A stretch of DNA of 64,000 nucleotides from a virus. Under the pieces are notes generated by a model. It did no database searches. It saw only the letters and a list, made by a program, of their open reading frames with translations, and had not been told where the DNA came from. Both the position numbers and the translations under genes were made by a program. The DNA is taken from the IMG/VR virus record IMGVR_UViG_3300046715_000149, positions 2,493 through 66,492 of that record, one strand, 5' to 3'. Shown piece after piece: positions 28,188 through 38,657 of the stretch (within the stretch, counting starts at the first letter, position 1; each line of letters begins with the position of its first letter).

Positions 28188-28550
28188 GTGACCGTCTGGA
28201 CCGTGCCCGCCACCGTGCTGCGCGTGGTCGACGGCGACACCCTGATGCTCAAGCTGGACCTCGGCTGGCACATCTCGTACGAGGCCAGGTGCCGGCTGAT
28301 CGGCGTGAACGCTCCCGAGCTCGACACCGACGAGGGCGTGGCTGCCCGGCTCTGGGTGATCAGCAAGCTCAGCGATGCCGGCGTCCACCCGATCGGCAGC
28401 GAACATCCGGATCCGGTCACGCTGGTCTCGCACGCGATCGACAAGTACGGCCGACCACTCGGTCAGGTGCTGGTGACCACGCCGCAGGGCAGCACGTTCG
28501 ACCTCGGCCTGGAGTTGCTCGAAGCGGGCCATGCGGTCCCGATGTCCTGA
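28188..28550 (+). CDS. thermonuclease (SNase-like)
   Basis: RVVDGDT, RLIGVNAPE, DKYGRPL. Confidence 0.9.
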   Translation: MTVWTVPATVLRVVDGDTLMLKLDLGWHISYEARCRLIGVNAPELDTDEGVAARLWVISKLSDAGVHPIGSEHPDPVTLVSHAIDKYGRPLGQVLVTTPQGSTFDLGLELLEAGHAVPMS

Positions 28551-28627
28551 CGATGCGGCAGTACTGGACGCGATGTCTTGCGCGTACCGGCCGGTAGTGC
28601 AGCACTGTGGGTAGGTGACCGATCACG

Positions 28628-28741
28628 TTGAAAGGCTCATTGCTCGCGCTGGTTCTCGCGCTGATGCTAATCGTCCTGATCGCTATCGTAGGGGTCATGT
28701 CGGTGGCGATCGTCTACCTGCTCTCGCTGGTCGCGCCGTGA
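28628..28741 (+). CDS. small hydrophobic peptide (37 aa, below ORF-track cutoff)
   Basis: TTG..MKGSLLALVLALMLIVLIAIVGVMSVAIVYLLSLVAP; stop overlaps the HNH start (GTGA). Confidence 0.45.
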   Translation: MKGSLLALVLALMLIVLIAIVGVMSVAIVYLLSLVAP

Positions 28742-29175
28742 TCCTCGGTCGGGAGTGCCTGGTCCATCCGGATCACGACGACAAGGTCCCCATCGAGTCG
28801 CACCACGTCAGACCGTGCCCTCGCGGTGGGGGTGACTCGCAGACGCTGACGCTGTGCGCCAATGCGCACGGCCGGATCCATCACCTGCTCGACGACATCG
28901 AGGGCTACGCCGCGGCCTGTCCGTACGCGACCGCCGACGAGGTGATCGCGCGGCTCCCGGCGCACGTGTGGACGGGCTTCACCGAGACGGAGCAGATGAT
29001 CGCCTTCCGGGGCTGGCAGGCGTACGGCCTCGGCTTCCTGAACGGCCGCTACCTGAACGCCTTCCGCTGGTGGTCGACCGACGGCCGGGCCAAGCAGGAT
29101 GACGTTCCGCACTTCGGGGAGCTCTTCCACGCCTCCCGATGGTCTCGCAAATGGCGTAAGGAACTGAACGAGTGA
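28738..29175 (+). CDS. HNH endonuclease-like protein
   Basis: ESHHVRP..RGG.D...LCANAHGRIH. Confidence 0.7.
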   Translation: MILGRECLVHPDHDDKVPIESHHVRPCPRGGGDSQTLTLCANAHGRIHHLLDDIEGYAAACPYATADEVIARLPAHVWTGFTETEQMIAFRGWQAYGLGFLNGRYLNAFRWWSTDGRAKQDDVPHFGELFHASRWSRKWRKELNE

Positions 29176-29337
29176 TGTCCTGGTACTGGATCACTCCGCT
29201 GACCGGCCTCGGTGGCGTCCTGATCGGCTGCTGGATCGACCGGCTGATCGACCGTCGCCTGATGCGCCGGCTCAACGTCCAGCCGTGGTGGCCCCCGATG
29301 GGCACCAAGCCGCCGACGAACGCCCAGCGACACCGCC

Positions 29338-30303
29338 GTGTGGGATGATCCGGCGGCATGGGCGCTGGGCGCGGCGCTCGTGCTGGCACTGACCGTGCCG
29401 CCGCTGGTGATGATGGGACGAAGGATGTTCGGGAGACGAAAGCAGGAGACCATGTCCGACGAGAGCGTTACCGAGGTCTTGGCCGTACCGGCCGAGCCAG
29501 GCGAGCAGGACCCGCAGGCGATCGTCCGGGCCGAGGCGATGGCCGACGCGGCGACGACCGAGTCGTTCGGCGTGGTGCACGACGAGGAGCCGGCCAAGAT
29601 GCCGTACGCCGGTCCGGTCGTCGCCGACGAGGACGAGCGACGGTGGGCGTCCGAGGGCATCCCCGCGGCCACGACCGCCGCGATCCCGATCCGGCAGACG
29701 CCGTTCGCGCGGCTCGCGCCGGTTCCGCCTCAGCCGTTGATCAGCCAGTTCCGGACCGACTGCCAGGAATGCGGAGGGCGCGGCTTCATGCCCGGTATCA
29801 ACGACCTGCTCCAGGAGTCGGTAAGCCTGCTGGGCGACCAGGGCGATGAGGTCGTCCGGCTGTTCTACTCGGCCCTGCTGCGCGCCCACCCGCAGCTGAT
29901 GACCCTGTTCCCCGGCAATCCGACGCAGGGCGACTTCGGCTCGGACCACAAGGGCGCGGTCCAGCGTGACCGCCTGCTCAAGGCGCTGACCGCGCTGGCC
30001 GCCCTGTACGACCCGGGCGACGCGGAGAAGATGAAGCACCTCGATCAGGCGCTCGCCTCGTTCGGCCGGGCGCACGCGAGCTTCATCCGGCAGGACGGCA
30101 CGGTGCGCGGCGCCACTCTCGAGGAGTACGCCGCGGTGAAGGATGCGCTGTTCACCACGCTGGTGCGGGTCGCCGCCGGCAAGTGGAAGCCCGAGTACAC
30201 CGAGGCGTGGGGCCAGGCGTACGACTACGCCGCGGCGGCCATGCTCACCGAGCAGTTCCGTTCGGGCTTCACGGCGCCTCGTTTTCCGCGGGTCAGTTCA
30301 TGA
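29338..30303 (+). CDS. globin-domain protein (FHb/single-domain globin type) with N-terminal TM and CxxC
   Basis: LLQES...FYSALLRAHPQLMTLFP (TyrB10, PheCD1), QRDRLL (GlnE7), FGRAH (HisF8), YAAVKDALF..L, WKPE..EAW..AY. Confidence 0.85.
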   Translation: MWDDPAAWALGAALVLALTVPPLVMMGRRMFGRRKQETMSDESVTEVLAVPAEPGEQDPQAIVRAEAMADAATTESFGVVHDEEPAKMPYAGPVVADEDERRWASEGIPAATTAAIPIRQTPFARLAPVPPQPLISQFRTDCQECGGRGFMPGINDLLQESVSLLGDQGDEVVRLFYSALLRAHPQLMTLFPGNPTQGDFGSDHKGAVQRDRLLKALTALAALYDPGDAEKMKHLDQALASFGRAHASFIRQDGTVRGATLEEYAAVKDALFTTLVRVAAGKWKPEYTEAWGQAYDYAAAAMLTEQFRSGFTAPRFPRVSS

Positions 30304-30903
30304 TGATCCGGAAGGTTTCGTTCGAGCACGTCAGCGCGATCAGGCATCCCGAGTACTACCACGGCGACTACCCCTGCCCGGACGTCGACCGGGAGGGCAT
30401 CCCCGACGAGCACTGGACGCGCACCGAGCGCCAGGGCGACGACGTCACCCAGCAGTACGAAGGCCTGCTCGAACTGATCGGCCGCGGTGAGCTGATCAGG
30501 AATGTCCACCTGTACGAGGCGGAAGCGCCCGTTGATCCGCAATGGCGCGAGGTGGCGACCGGCACGTGAAGAAGATCCGCTGCTCCCTCTGCCGCGCCCG
30601 CGTGCTGTACGTGCTCGCGGGCACGACTACGCTGGTCTGCCGGACGTGCGACTGGGGCACGATCGACAACGGCCCGGTCCGGCCGTTGCGCGAGCAGGGG
30701 GCGCAGTCGGCATGAGGTGCTGGTGGTGCGGCATCGAGCTGGACGGTGAGTACGAGGTGATGTCGATGGAGTCCGATCAGGCCGTGATCCGGTTCGTGCA
30801 GTGGCCGCCCGGCGACCACGAGCATGCGGAGCTCCCGCCGTCCGCCGAGTATATGGTCGAACAGGGTCACGCTGCCCTGATGAGAATCCACGGGGCGCTC
30901 TGG

Positions 30904-31124
30904 TGAGTGGCATGACGATCACCGACGCGGCGCAGGCGATGAGTCCGCCGATCCCGCGGCGCGAACTGGCCCGCCGCCTGCGGGACGTGGCGACGATCGG
31001 CACGGAGTACGGTCGCCGTGGCCGCCGCGCCGCGCTCTACCCGGTCGACGCGATCATGCGGGCGCATGCTGAGTGGGTGCGCGAGCGACCGGCCCACCGT
31101 CATGCCGTCGAGATGGGGGCGTGA
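30904..31124 (+). CDS. small DNA-binding protein (excisionase/MerR-like)
   Basis: MTITDAAQAM...RRGRRAALYPVDAI pattern. Confidence 0.5.
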
Positions 31125-31128
31125 CGGG

Positions 31129-31608
31129 ATGGACATTAGGTGCCCTAATGACGGCGAGATGACCAACAAGCGCTGTTGGAAGTGCGGATGGGTGCGTGGC
31201 GGTGAGCAGCTTCCAGATGATCAGAGCATCGTGAGCGGCGCGGATGATCTGTTCGCGTTCGTGCGGCGATGCCTGGACGAGGACGAGGCGCGCACCCGCA
31301 AGCTCCTGGCGGACGCCCAACGGACGACGCTCACCCTGCAAGACCCGCGCCTCCTTGGCAAGTTCATCCCCGGCTGGCACGACTGGCCCGACGTCGAGCA
31401 GATGTGCACCGAGCGGCTGGCCGAGGTCGAGGCCAAGCGGCGCATCCTCGACGACCACGACATCCTGGTCAGCGCCATCCGGCGCGTTGACGACGTGGAA
31501 GGCAACCGGCTTCTCCACGCCCGACGCGAGGCACGAGAGAGTGACATCAGGTGGCTCGCCCAGCCGTACGCCGGGCAGGACGGCTGGCGGGAAGAGTGGC
31601 GTGCCTGA
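31129..31608 (+). CDS. DUF6221-like actinophage protein
   Basis: LFAFVRRCLDEDE, LAEVEAKRRIL, LAQPYA...WREEW. Confidence 0.7.
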   Translation: MDIRCPNDGEMTNKRCWKCGWVRGGEQLPDDQSIVSGADDLFAFVRRCLDEDEARTRKLLADAQRTTLTLQDPRLLGKFIPGWHDWPDVEQMCTERLAEVEAKRRILDDHDILVSAIRRVDDVEGNRLLHARREARESDIRWLAQPYAGQDGWREEWRA

Positions 31609-31639
31609 GGCCCGTTCGGCCCGTATTCGCTGGTGAGGT

Positions 31640-31668
31640 TTGTCGGACGATTAAGTCTGTGCCAGAAT
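31640..31668 (+). promoter_or_regulatory. candidate promoter TTGTCG-N17-CAGAAT for the packaging operon
   Basis: Located in the intergenic gap before terS. Confidence 0.45.
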
Positions 31669-31690
31669 TCCGCGCAGGAGAGGTGTGTTC

Positions 31691-32179
31691 ATGGGCAGCC
31701 AGACGCCACGCGACGTGACTCACCCGCCGGCCAGGCAGGCAGAGACGTACGAGAAGCGGCGCCGCGCGGCCGAGCTCCGGCGGGCCGGCTGGACGTGGGA
31801 TGCCGTTGCCGAAGAGGTCGGCTACTCCAGCAGAGGGTCGGCCCACGCAGCGGTCAAGGCTCTGCTCCAGGAACACCAGTCACTCGCCTACGACGAGATC
31901 GCCCTCTACCGGCAGGAGTCGCTGGACCGGCTGACCGACCTGCTCAAGGTGGCAATGAAGGGCGCGCTCGCGGGCGACGAGAAGATGATGCGCGAGGCGC
32001 GTCTGATCATAAGCCAGATCGGCGACCTCACCGGCGAGAAGGCTCCGCTCCAGGTGCAGATCGGGGAGAGCGATGTCGATCGACTTCTTCGGGAAGCTCT
32101 CGACGAGTTCCGACGCCGAACTGCTCAGCTTGATCGGAAAGCTGGAGCAGATCCAGGACGTGCAGCGCAAGACGGCTGA
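31691..32179 (+). CDS. terS: terminase small subunit (HTH)
   Basis: LRRAGWTWDAVAEEVGYSSRGSAH HTH; immediately upstream of TerL. Confidence 0.75.
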   Translation: MGSQTPRDVTHPPARQAETYEKRRRAAELRRAGWTWDAVAEEVGYSSRGSAHAAVKALLQEHQSLAYDEIALYRQESLDRLTDLLKVAMKGALAGDEKMMREARLIISQIGDLTGEKAPLQVQIGESDVDRLLREALDEFRRRTAQLDRKAGADPGRAAQDG

Positions 32180-33725
32180 GCTGTCCCGCTCGGAATTCCG
32201 GCAGCGCTACCCCACGCCCGGCGCTCTGGCCAAGGCGTACTTCGTCAAGACCAAGCAGACGCCTGCGCTGGACGCCATCGACGAGGCCCTGGTGGACCTG
32301 GCGGACGCCGCCGGCGCTTCGGGCCGGCAGATGATTTTCGTCCCGCCGCAGGAGGGCAAGTCGACCCGCGCGTCCTGCTGGTTCCCGCTCTGGCTGCTCG
32401 CGCAGGATCCGAGCCTGCGGATCGCGATCGTGGTCTACTCCGCCGAGAAGGCCGAGCGATGGGGCCGCTGGATCCGCCGCATGATCGAGGCGCATCCGGA
32501 GCTCGGCATCGCCCTGGCGCCGGACAGCCGCGCGGTCGACCGGTTCGAGACCACCGCGGGCGGCGTGGTTCTCTCGGTCGGCATCGACGGCGGCCTGACC
32601 TCCGAGGCGGTCGACCTGCTGATCATCGACGACCCGCTCAAGGGCCGCGCCGAGGCCGAGTCGTCCACCTACCGCAAGCGCTGCTGGGATTGGTGGGAGT
32701 CGAACGCCATGACCCGCGCGTCGGATCAGTTCCGCGTGGTGCTGATGATGACCCGCTGGCACTCCGACGACCTGGCCGGCCGACTGCTGGCCGAGGAGCC
32801 CGGCGAGTGGAACGTGCTGCGCATCCCCGCGGTGCGCGACGAGGCCTCGGCCCGCGTCCGGGGCAGCGACGGTGCGTCGGTGTTCCATCCGAACGGTGAG
32901 CTGATCAGCGTCCGCAACCGGCCCGCCGGGTGGTTTCTCGGGCTGAAGGCCAAGCGGTCGATGTACGTGTGGAATTCGATCTACATGCAGGTGCCGGTCG
33001 CGGCCGAGGGCAACCTGTTCGCCCGGTCGGACTTCCGCTACTGGTCGTTCATGCAGCCGGACCGCACCCGGCACGACGCGCTGCTCGGCGCTCAGATCAA
33101 CATTGAGGGCGTCCGCTTCTTCGTCGCGGACATGGTCCGGTTCATCACCGTCGACCTGGCGGCGAGCAAGAAGACCAGCGCGGACTACACGGTCGTCTCG
33201 GTGTGGGGGATCACCGGAAACGGACGGCTCGTGCTGCTGGACATGAAGCGCGCCCGCCTCGGCGAGGAAGAGCACTGGACGCTGGTCGCCCCGATGTGCA
33301 AGCGATGGGCGTGCCCCGACGTCTACGTCGAGAAGTCGTTCATCTCGTCCACGCTGGTCCGTGACGCCACTCAGCTGGGCTTGCGGATCCAGCCGGTCGC
33401 CCCGGACACCGACAAGATCACGCGCTCGATCCCGGCGGCCAACCGGGTCAAGGCCCACACCGTGCACTGGCCGGACTACGTGCCCTGGCGCGACGACTGG
33501 GAGGACGAGATCGCGGGCTTTCCGATGTGGGCGCACGACGACATGGCCGACACGCTCTTCTACGCCGGACGGATCGCCTCGGCCCACTGGACTCCGCCGC
33601 GCGACGTGTCCGATAACACCCGCGACCAGCGCGTGGCCCGCGCGTCCGAGGCCGCAGCCGAGCAGGCCTACCGCGCGAGCACCGGCATGAGCGGCGAGAT
33701 CGACCTCAGCCGGGCCCAGTGGTGA
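32073..33725 (+). CDS. terL: terminase large subunit
   Basis: PPQEGKS, LLIIDDP, MTRWHSDDLAGRL, VDLA, HDDMAD. Confidence 0.95.
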   Translation: MSIDFFGKLSTSSDAELLSLIGKLEQIQDVQRKTAELSRSEFRQRYPTPGALAKAYFVKTKQTPALDAIDEALVDLADAAGASGRQMIFVPPQEGKSTRASCWFPLWLLAQDPSLRIAIVVYSAEKAERWGRWIRRMIEAHPELGIALAPDSRAVDRFETTAGGVVLSVGIDGGLTSEAVDLLIIDDPLKGRAEAESSTYRKRCWDWWESNAMTRASDQFRVVLMMTRWHSDDLAGRLLAEEPGEWNVLRIPAVRDEASARVRGSDGASVFHPNGELISVRNRPAGWFLGLKAKRSMYVWNSIYMQVPVAAEGNLFARSDFRYWSFMQPDRTRHDALLGAQINIEGVRFFVADMVRFITVDLAASKKTSADYTVVSVWGITGNGRLVLLDMKRARLGEEEHWTLVAPMCKRWACPDVYVEKSFISSTLVRDATQLGLRIQPVAPDTDKITRSIPAANRVKAHTVHWPDYVPWRDDWEDEIAGFPMWAHDDMADTLFYAGRIASAHWTPPRDVSDNTRDQRVARASEAAAEQAYRASTGMSGEIDLSRAQW

Positions 33726-33735
33726 GCCGATCGGG

Positions 33736-34044
33736 TCAGAGGACCTCGTCCGTCCCGTGCTCGACGGAGGCCGGTCGCACGCCGATCTCGCCCCACGGGG
33801 CCGGCACGTCGCGCGCCTCGCGGACGACGTACACGGACATGCCGACGCGCTGACCGGCAGCGTTCTGGCGCCACTGCCCGAAGTTGTCGTAACCGCAGAA
33901 TCGAACGACCTCCAGCACGCCACCCTCGGGCCGGACGAAGCGCTCGCGCACGGTGTACGCCACGTCCAGCGTCCAGCCGGGCTGGGCGTACGCGGTGGTG
34001 ATGATGTCCCCGGTCCGGATCATCTCTGCGGCACGCTTCATCAT
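33736..34044 (-). CDS. antisense insert, hypothetical, leaderless
   Basis: TTGCGT-N17-TACAGT-N6-ATG; motif copy at 34051-34061. Confidence 0.7.
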   Translation of the reverse strand: MMKRAAEMIRTGDIITTAYAQPGWTLDVAYTVRERFVRPEGGVLEVVRFCGYDNFGQWRQNAAGQRVGMSVYVVREARDVPAPWGEIGVRPASVEHGTDEVL

Positions 34045-34081
34045 GCCTCTACTGTACTCCCAGTACGAGAGCTACGCAACG

Positions 34082-34979
34082 TCAGTCGGACCAGAGCCGG
34101 ACGGGGCCGAGCGGATCGGCGACGCGACCGGCGATCTCTACGTCCACGGTGAAGGTCAGCGAATCGTCTTCGTTCAGCGGCCCGACGGTGGTCGTCTCGT
34201 CGCGGGATGATCGGTAGACGACCACTCCGTCGTCGCCGTGCACCACGTAGTTCGCCACGCGGATGCGGGGCAGGGGACCGCAGGCGTACGCAGTGATTTG
34301 CAGCTTGCCGCCGGTCAGCCGCAGGCCGGTGATGGGCAGGATCTGCTCATCGACGACCAGGGCGCCGATCGTGGTGGCGGTCACGTCCATGTGGCATCGA
34401 CCTCACGCATGTCGACCCTGATCATCGTCCCCTCGGGAATGCCGTTGTCGCCCGTGCCGATCGTGTAGATCACGGACCCGATCCTGATCTGGTCCGGCCG
34501 CATGTCCGGGTCGACGACGATGCGCAGGCCCGCGATCGAGTCGCCATCGTGCACTCGCCATGGCGGGACAGGCGATGTGCGCGGCCTCGGCAGCGTGTCG
34601 GCCGCCCGCTGGAAGTAGGCGAGACCGGCGCCGGCGCCGACGCTGATGCAGTCGACGTAGCCGCCCGCGCGCATGGTGACCTCCCGCGCTCGCGTCACGG
34701 TCTCGATCGCGGCGCGCATGGCATCCATGTCGGGCCCGCTCATTCCAGCACCGGAGCCGGCGCGGCGTTCAGGTCGGGGAGTTCCAGCCAGACCACCTCG
34801 GCCGGATCGCTCAGGTGGTCACCGGTGCGTTTCTCCGCATCCGCGCACGGCTCGGCGTGGTGCCCGGTATCCCCGTCGATGCACCAGTGGTTGGCCTCGC
34901 CGGTATCCGGATCGACGTGCCGCATCCACCGATGCGCGGTGACCGTGTCGTCTCCCGTTTCCTGCCCATGTTCCGTCAT
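34082..34979 (-). other. three coupled antisense hypothetical ORFs (34740-34979, 34381-34743, 34082-34390)
   Basis: Overlapping starts and stops between terL and portal. Confidence 0.6.
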
Positions 34980-35002
34980 GCCCTGATCGTAGGAGGTGCC
35001 CC

Positions 35003-36328
35003 ATGTCGTTCACCGGAATTCCGCGCACACCGGAGGGCACGCTCGGCGCCCAGTACGACGCGCTGGCCATGGACCTACTCGAGAACGTGCCCGCGCTGAC
35101 CTTCCCGCTGTCGGTCCAGACCTACTCGCGGATGCGCACGGACCCGCAGATCAGCGCGGTGCTCAAGGCCTACACGTACCCGCTGCGCTCGGCGACCTAC
35201 GTGGTCAACCCGTCCGGCTGCCGCGACGAGGTCGTCCAGTTCGTCGCGGACCAGTGGGGCCTGCCGATCATGGGCGACGATGCAGGACCCGGTCCGGCCC
35301 GGCGCAAGGGCCTGCGCTGGGACGAGCACATCCGGCTCGCGCTGCTCATGCTGCCGTTCGGCTTCTCGCCGTTCGCGAAGTGGTTTGACGTGGGCGGTAC
35401 CCCGCTGCGCGCCCGGCTCGGCGGACTGTCCGAGCGGCTGCCGCAGACGATCAGCGACATCCGGGTCAACGACGACGGTTCGCTGCAGGGCATCATCCAG
35501 TACGGCGCCGAGGACATGATCCCCGTCCGCGACCTGCACTGGTACGCCCACGAGCGCGAGGGCTCGGCCTGGCAGGGCCGCTCGCTGATGCGTGAGGCGT
35601 ACGGGCCATGGCTGCTCAAGCACGAGATGTGGCGCGTCATGGGTCAGTCGTCGCGCCGATTCGGCATGGGCGTGCCGACCGTGACCGCGCCGCCCGGTTC
35701 ACCGCCGGCCGACGTGACCGCGGCCGCCGACATCGCTGCCGGCTACCGCGCGGGCGACCAGTCCGGCATCGGCCTGCCCGACGGCTTCAAGTTCGACCTG
35801 ACCGGCCTGTCCGGCTCGGTGCCCGACACGAAGGCGTTCGTCGAGTACCTGGACGCGCAGATCGCGACCAGCGTGCTCGCCGAGATCCTGAACCTGGACA
35901 CCGCGAGCACCGGCAACCGCGCGCTCGGCGAGACCGTGATCGGCCTGCTGCAGATGTCCTGGTCAGCCACCGCGAAGGAGATCACCGGTCCGGCCACCGA
36001 CCTGAGCATCGAGATGGTCGACATCAACTTCGGCGAGGACGAGCCCGCCCCGCAGATCATGTGCACGGACGTCACCCGCCCGGAGCTGACCAGCGAGGCC
36101 ATCGCCGCGCTCGTCTCGGCCAAGGCGCTGACCGCGGACATCGGCCTCGAGAACGAGGTCCGGCTGCGCTATGGCCTGCCCCCGATCACCGACGCCGACC
36201 GCACGGCCGCCATGCCGCAGCCGGTCGTTCCGCCCGCCCCGGCCAACCCGCCGGCCACCGACCCGAACGCGCCACCTGCTCCGGCATCGAAGACCGCCCA
36301 GCCCGCAGGAGCGTCGGCCGGTGGCTGA
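35003..36328 (+). CDS. portal protein (Mu gp29/DUF935-like)
   Basis: MRTDPQISAVL, FGFSPF, GRSLMR..Y..WLLK, RFGMGVP, GNRALG. Confidence 0.9.
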   Translation: MSFTGIPRTPEGTLGAQYDALAMDLLENVPALTFPLSVQTYSRMRTDPQISAVLKAYTYPLRSATYVVNPSGCRDEVVQFVADQWGLPIMGDDAGPGPARRKGLRWDEHIRLALLMLPFGFSPFAKWFDVGGTPLRARLGGLSERLPQTISDIRVNDDGSLQGIIQYGAEDMIPVRDLHWYAHEREGSAWQGRSLMREAYGPWLLKHEMWRVMGQSSRRFGMGVPTVTAPPGSPPADVTAAADIAAGYRAGDQSGIGLPDGFKFDLTGLSGSVPDTKAFVEYLDAQIATSVLAEILNLDTASTGNRALGETVIGLLQMSWSATAKEITGPATDLSIEMVDINFGEDEPAPQIMCTDVTRPELTSEAIAALVSAKALTADIGLENEVRLRYGLPPITDADRTAAMPQPVVPPAPANPPATDPNAPPAPASKTAQPAGASAGG

Positions 36329-38657
36329 CGTCGCGGTCCGTCAACCGATCGCCCTGCGCACGCTGCACGGCATCGAGCTGGCTGCGGTCGGCACCTGGAA
36401 GGCCAGCACCGGAGAGACGACGTTCACCGCCGAGGACTTCACGAACGCTGTCGCCGCCATGGACTGCCCCGGCGTCCGCAACCCCGTGATCAAGCTCGGC
36501 CACGCCGAACCGGACTCGACCGGCGGTGTCCGATGGGACGGCGAGCCTGCCGTGGGCTGGGTCGCCAACATGCGCTTCGACGGCGCCAAGATGATGGGCG
36601 ACCTGACTGGCATGCCGGCCTGGCTGGCCGACGCGGACGAGAACGGGCTCTCGGTGCTCGCCGCGGCGTACCCGGACCGGTCGATCGAGATCTACCGCCC
36701 GTTCGTCTGCCAGATCGGCCACGAGCACCCTAGCGTGATCACCGCGCTGTCCTTGCTCGGCGTGGCACCCCCGGGCGTCGGCGTGCTCAAGAGCATGCAG
36801 GATGTCTATGCCGCGTTCACCGAGCCGGTCCCCGGCGACTCCGGCGCCACGATGGCCCGGGCGATGCTATCGACCACGGTCACGCTGGCTGCCGCCGAGC
36901 CGCGCGGCCTGACCGACATCGAGCAGCAGTCAGGCGTCGACTTCGCCGCGCTGCGCACCGTGTGGGACAGCGAGCTCGACGACCTCGTGACCGAGTGGGA
37001 CGACCTGAGCGCCACCCAGCGCGCCGATCTGGCCGCGCAGATCGAGACGGCGGTCGACGACAACAACCCGGATGCCCTCGGCGCGCTCGTGCTCACCGGC
37101 GCGGCCGGCTCAGCCCTGCTGCTCGCCGCGATGCTGGTCATGGCGCAGACCGCGGCTGACGACATGGTGGCCGCCGCAGCCAGGCAGGGCACGACCCTGG
37201 ACGCGGTCACCCTGATCGAGGACGACCTGAACGAGGTCGCCGGCGCGGTCGCCGCAGCCATGGCCGTCGGCACCGCCGCTTCGGCCGGCCGCACGGCGGC
37301 GCAGCTGCTCGGCACCGGAGACGGCAAGCACGTGGCCGGCCAGGTCGTCGACCACCTCGCCGCGCTGACCGATCGGTTCCTGCGCGACCAACTGGGCGGC
37401 GCCCTGTCGGCCGCCCAGCACGTCGGCCGGCACGCGGCCCTCGCCCAGTTCACCGGTGACGTCGAGTGGTTCGCCAGCGAGGTCAACGACACGAACGCGT
37501 GCGCGCCGTGCCGCGAGATCGACGGGCACCGCTTCGGCTCCGAGGACGAGGCGATCACCGCGTACGGCTCCGGCAAGTTCTCCGGCTGCCTGGCCGGTGC
37601 CCGATGTCGCGGCCAGCTCGTCCCGATCCTCGGCTCCGATCGTTCGGCGGCGTCCGCCCCGATCTCCACCACTGTCCGCATGACCCTGGGAGGGCCGATG
37701 GGCACCAAGACCGGCGGCGTCGTCAAGGCGTCCGTCTCCGTCGAAGACATCAGCCGCAAGTACTACGAGACGGCCGGTTACTCGATGTGGATCACCGAGA
37801 TGCAGGTCGATCCGCTGCAGCTGATCGCGGCCGACGACGCGACCGGCAAGTACTACCGGATCCCCGTCACGCTCTCCGGCGAGCAGTTCACCTTCGGCGA
37901 CCCGCAGGAGGTGGCCGTCGCCTACCAGGACGTCAAGGCGGTGGCCAAGGCCGCCGCGACCTGGGCGGACCGCAAGGCCGCGCTCGCCGCGGCCCGCAAG
38001 AACGAGGACGGCACCGACCTCGTGGCGCCGGACGTGTCGCCTGCGGGTGCCGCGATCCGCAAGGTGCTCGAAACCAAGGCCGCGACCGCAACGGTCGAGA
38101 CCGAGGTCCCGGTGGCCACCAAGACTCCCGACGCCGACCCGGCGACCGGGCCCACCAACCCGAAGGAGGCGGCGTCCGTGGACGCAGTCAAGATGCGGGA
38201 GGCGCTGGGGCTCGGTCCCGACGCCACCGACGCCGAGGTGAGCGAGGCGTTCGCCGCGCAGGCCGCGGCCTCGGCCACCCCGCCGAACACGCCGGACCCG
38301 GCGGCCACCCTTACGGCGATCCCGCCGAACGCCGGTGGCGCGATGCTCATCGACCCGGAGAACTACAAGGCGCTGGTGGCCATGGCCGCCAAGGGTCAGA
38401 CCGCCTTTGAGCAGATGCAGCGCAACGAGCGCGACGTGGTGCTCGACAAGGCGGTCCACGACGGCCGGTTCCCGGTCTCGCGGCTGTCCACCTACGCGGC
38501 GATGTGGGACAAGGACCCCGCGTCGACCAAGGCGTACATCGAGCTCATGCCCAAGAACAGCGTGCCGGTCATGGCCGCCGGATTCCTCGGCGCCGAGATC
38601 AGCCAGAACGAGACCGACCTCGCCTACGAGGGCGTGTACGGAAAGGCCGGTGCGTAA
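36321..38657 (+). CDS. capsid maturation protease + MuF-like + scaffold fusion
   Basis: N-terminal VGTW...IKLGH...PAVGWV...YPDRSIE protease; central DTNACAPC...CLAGARCRG MuF-like; C-terminal REALGL...A..DGRF scaffold. Confidence 0.75.
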   Translation: MADVAVRQPIALRTLHGIELAAVGTWKASTGETTFTAEDFTNAVAAMDCPGVRNPVIKLGHAEPDSTGGVRWDGEPAVGWVANMRFDGAKMMGDLTGMPAWLADADENGLSVLAAAYPDRSIEIYRPFVCQIGHEHPSVITALSLLGVAPPGVGVLKSMQDVYAAFTEPVPGDSGATMARAMLSTTVTLAAAEPRGLTDIEQQSGVDFAALRTVWDSELDDLVTEWDDLSATQRADLAAQIETAVDDNNPDALGALVLTGAAGSALLLAAMLVMAQTAADDMVAAAARQGTTLDAVTLIEDDLNEVAGAVAAAMAVGTAASAGRTAAQLLGTGDGKHVAGQVVDHLAALTDRFLRDQLGGALSAAQHVGRHAALAQFTGDVEWFASEVNDTNACAPCREIDGHRFGSEDEAITAYGSGKFSGCLAGARCRGQLVPILGSDRSAASAPISTTVRMTLGGPMGTKTGGVVKASVSVEDISRKYYETAGYSMWITEMQVDPLQLIAADDATGKYYRIPVTLSGEQFTFGDPQEVAVAYQDVKAVAKAAATWADRKAALAAARKNEDGTDLVAPDVSPAGAAIRKVLETKAATATVETEVPVATKTPDADPATGPTNPKEAASVDAVKMREALGLGPDATDAEVSEAFAAQAAASATPPNTPDPAATLTAIPPNAGGAMLIDPENYKALVAMAAKGQTAFEQMQRNERDVVLDKAVHDGRFPVSRLSTYAAMWDKDPASTKAYIELMPKNSVPVMAAGFLGAEISQNETDLAYEGVYGKAGA

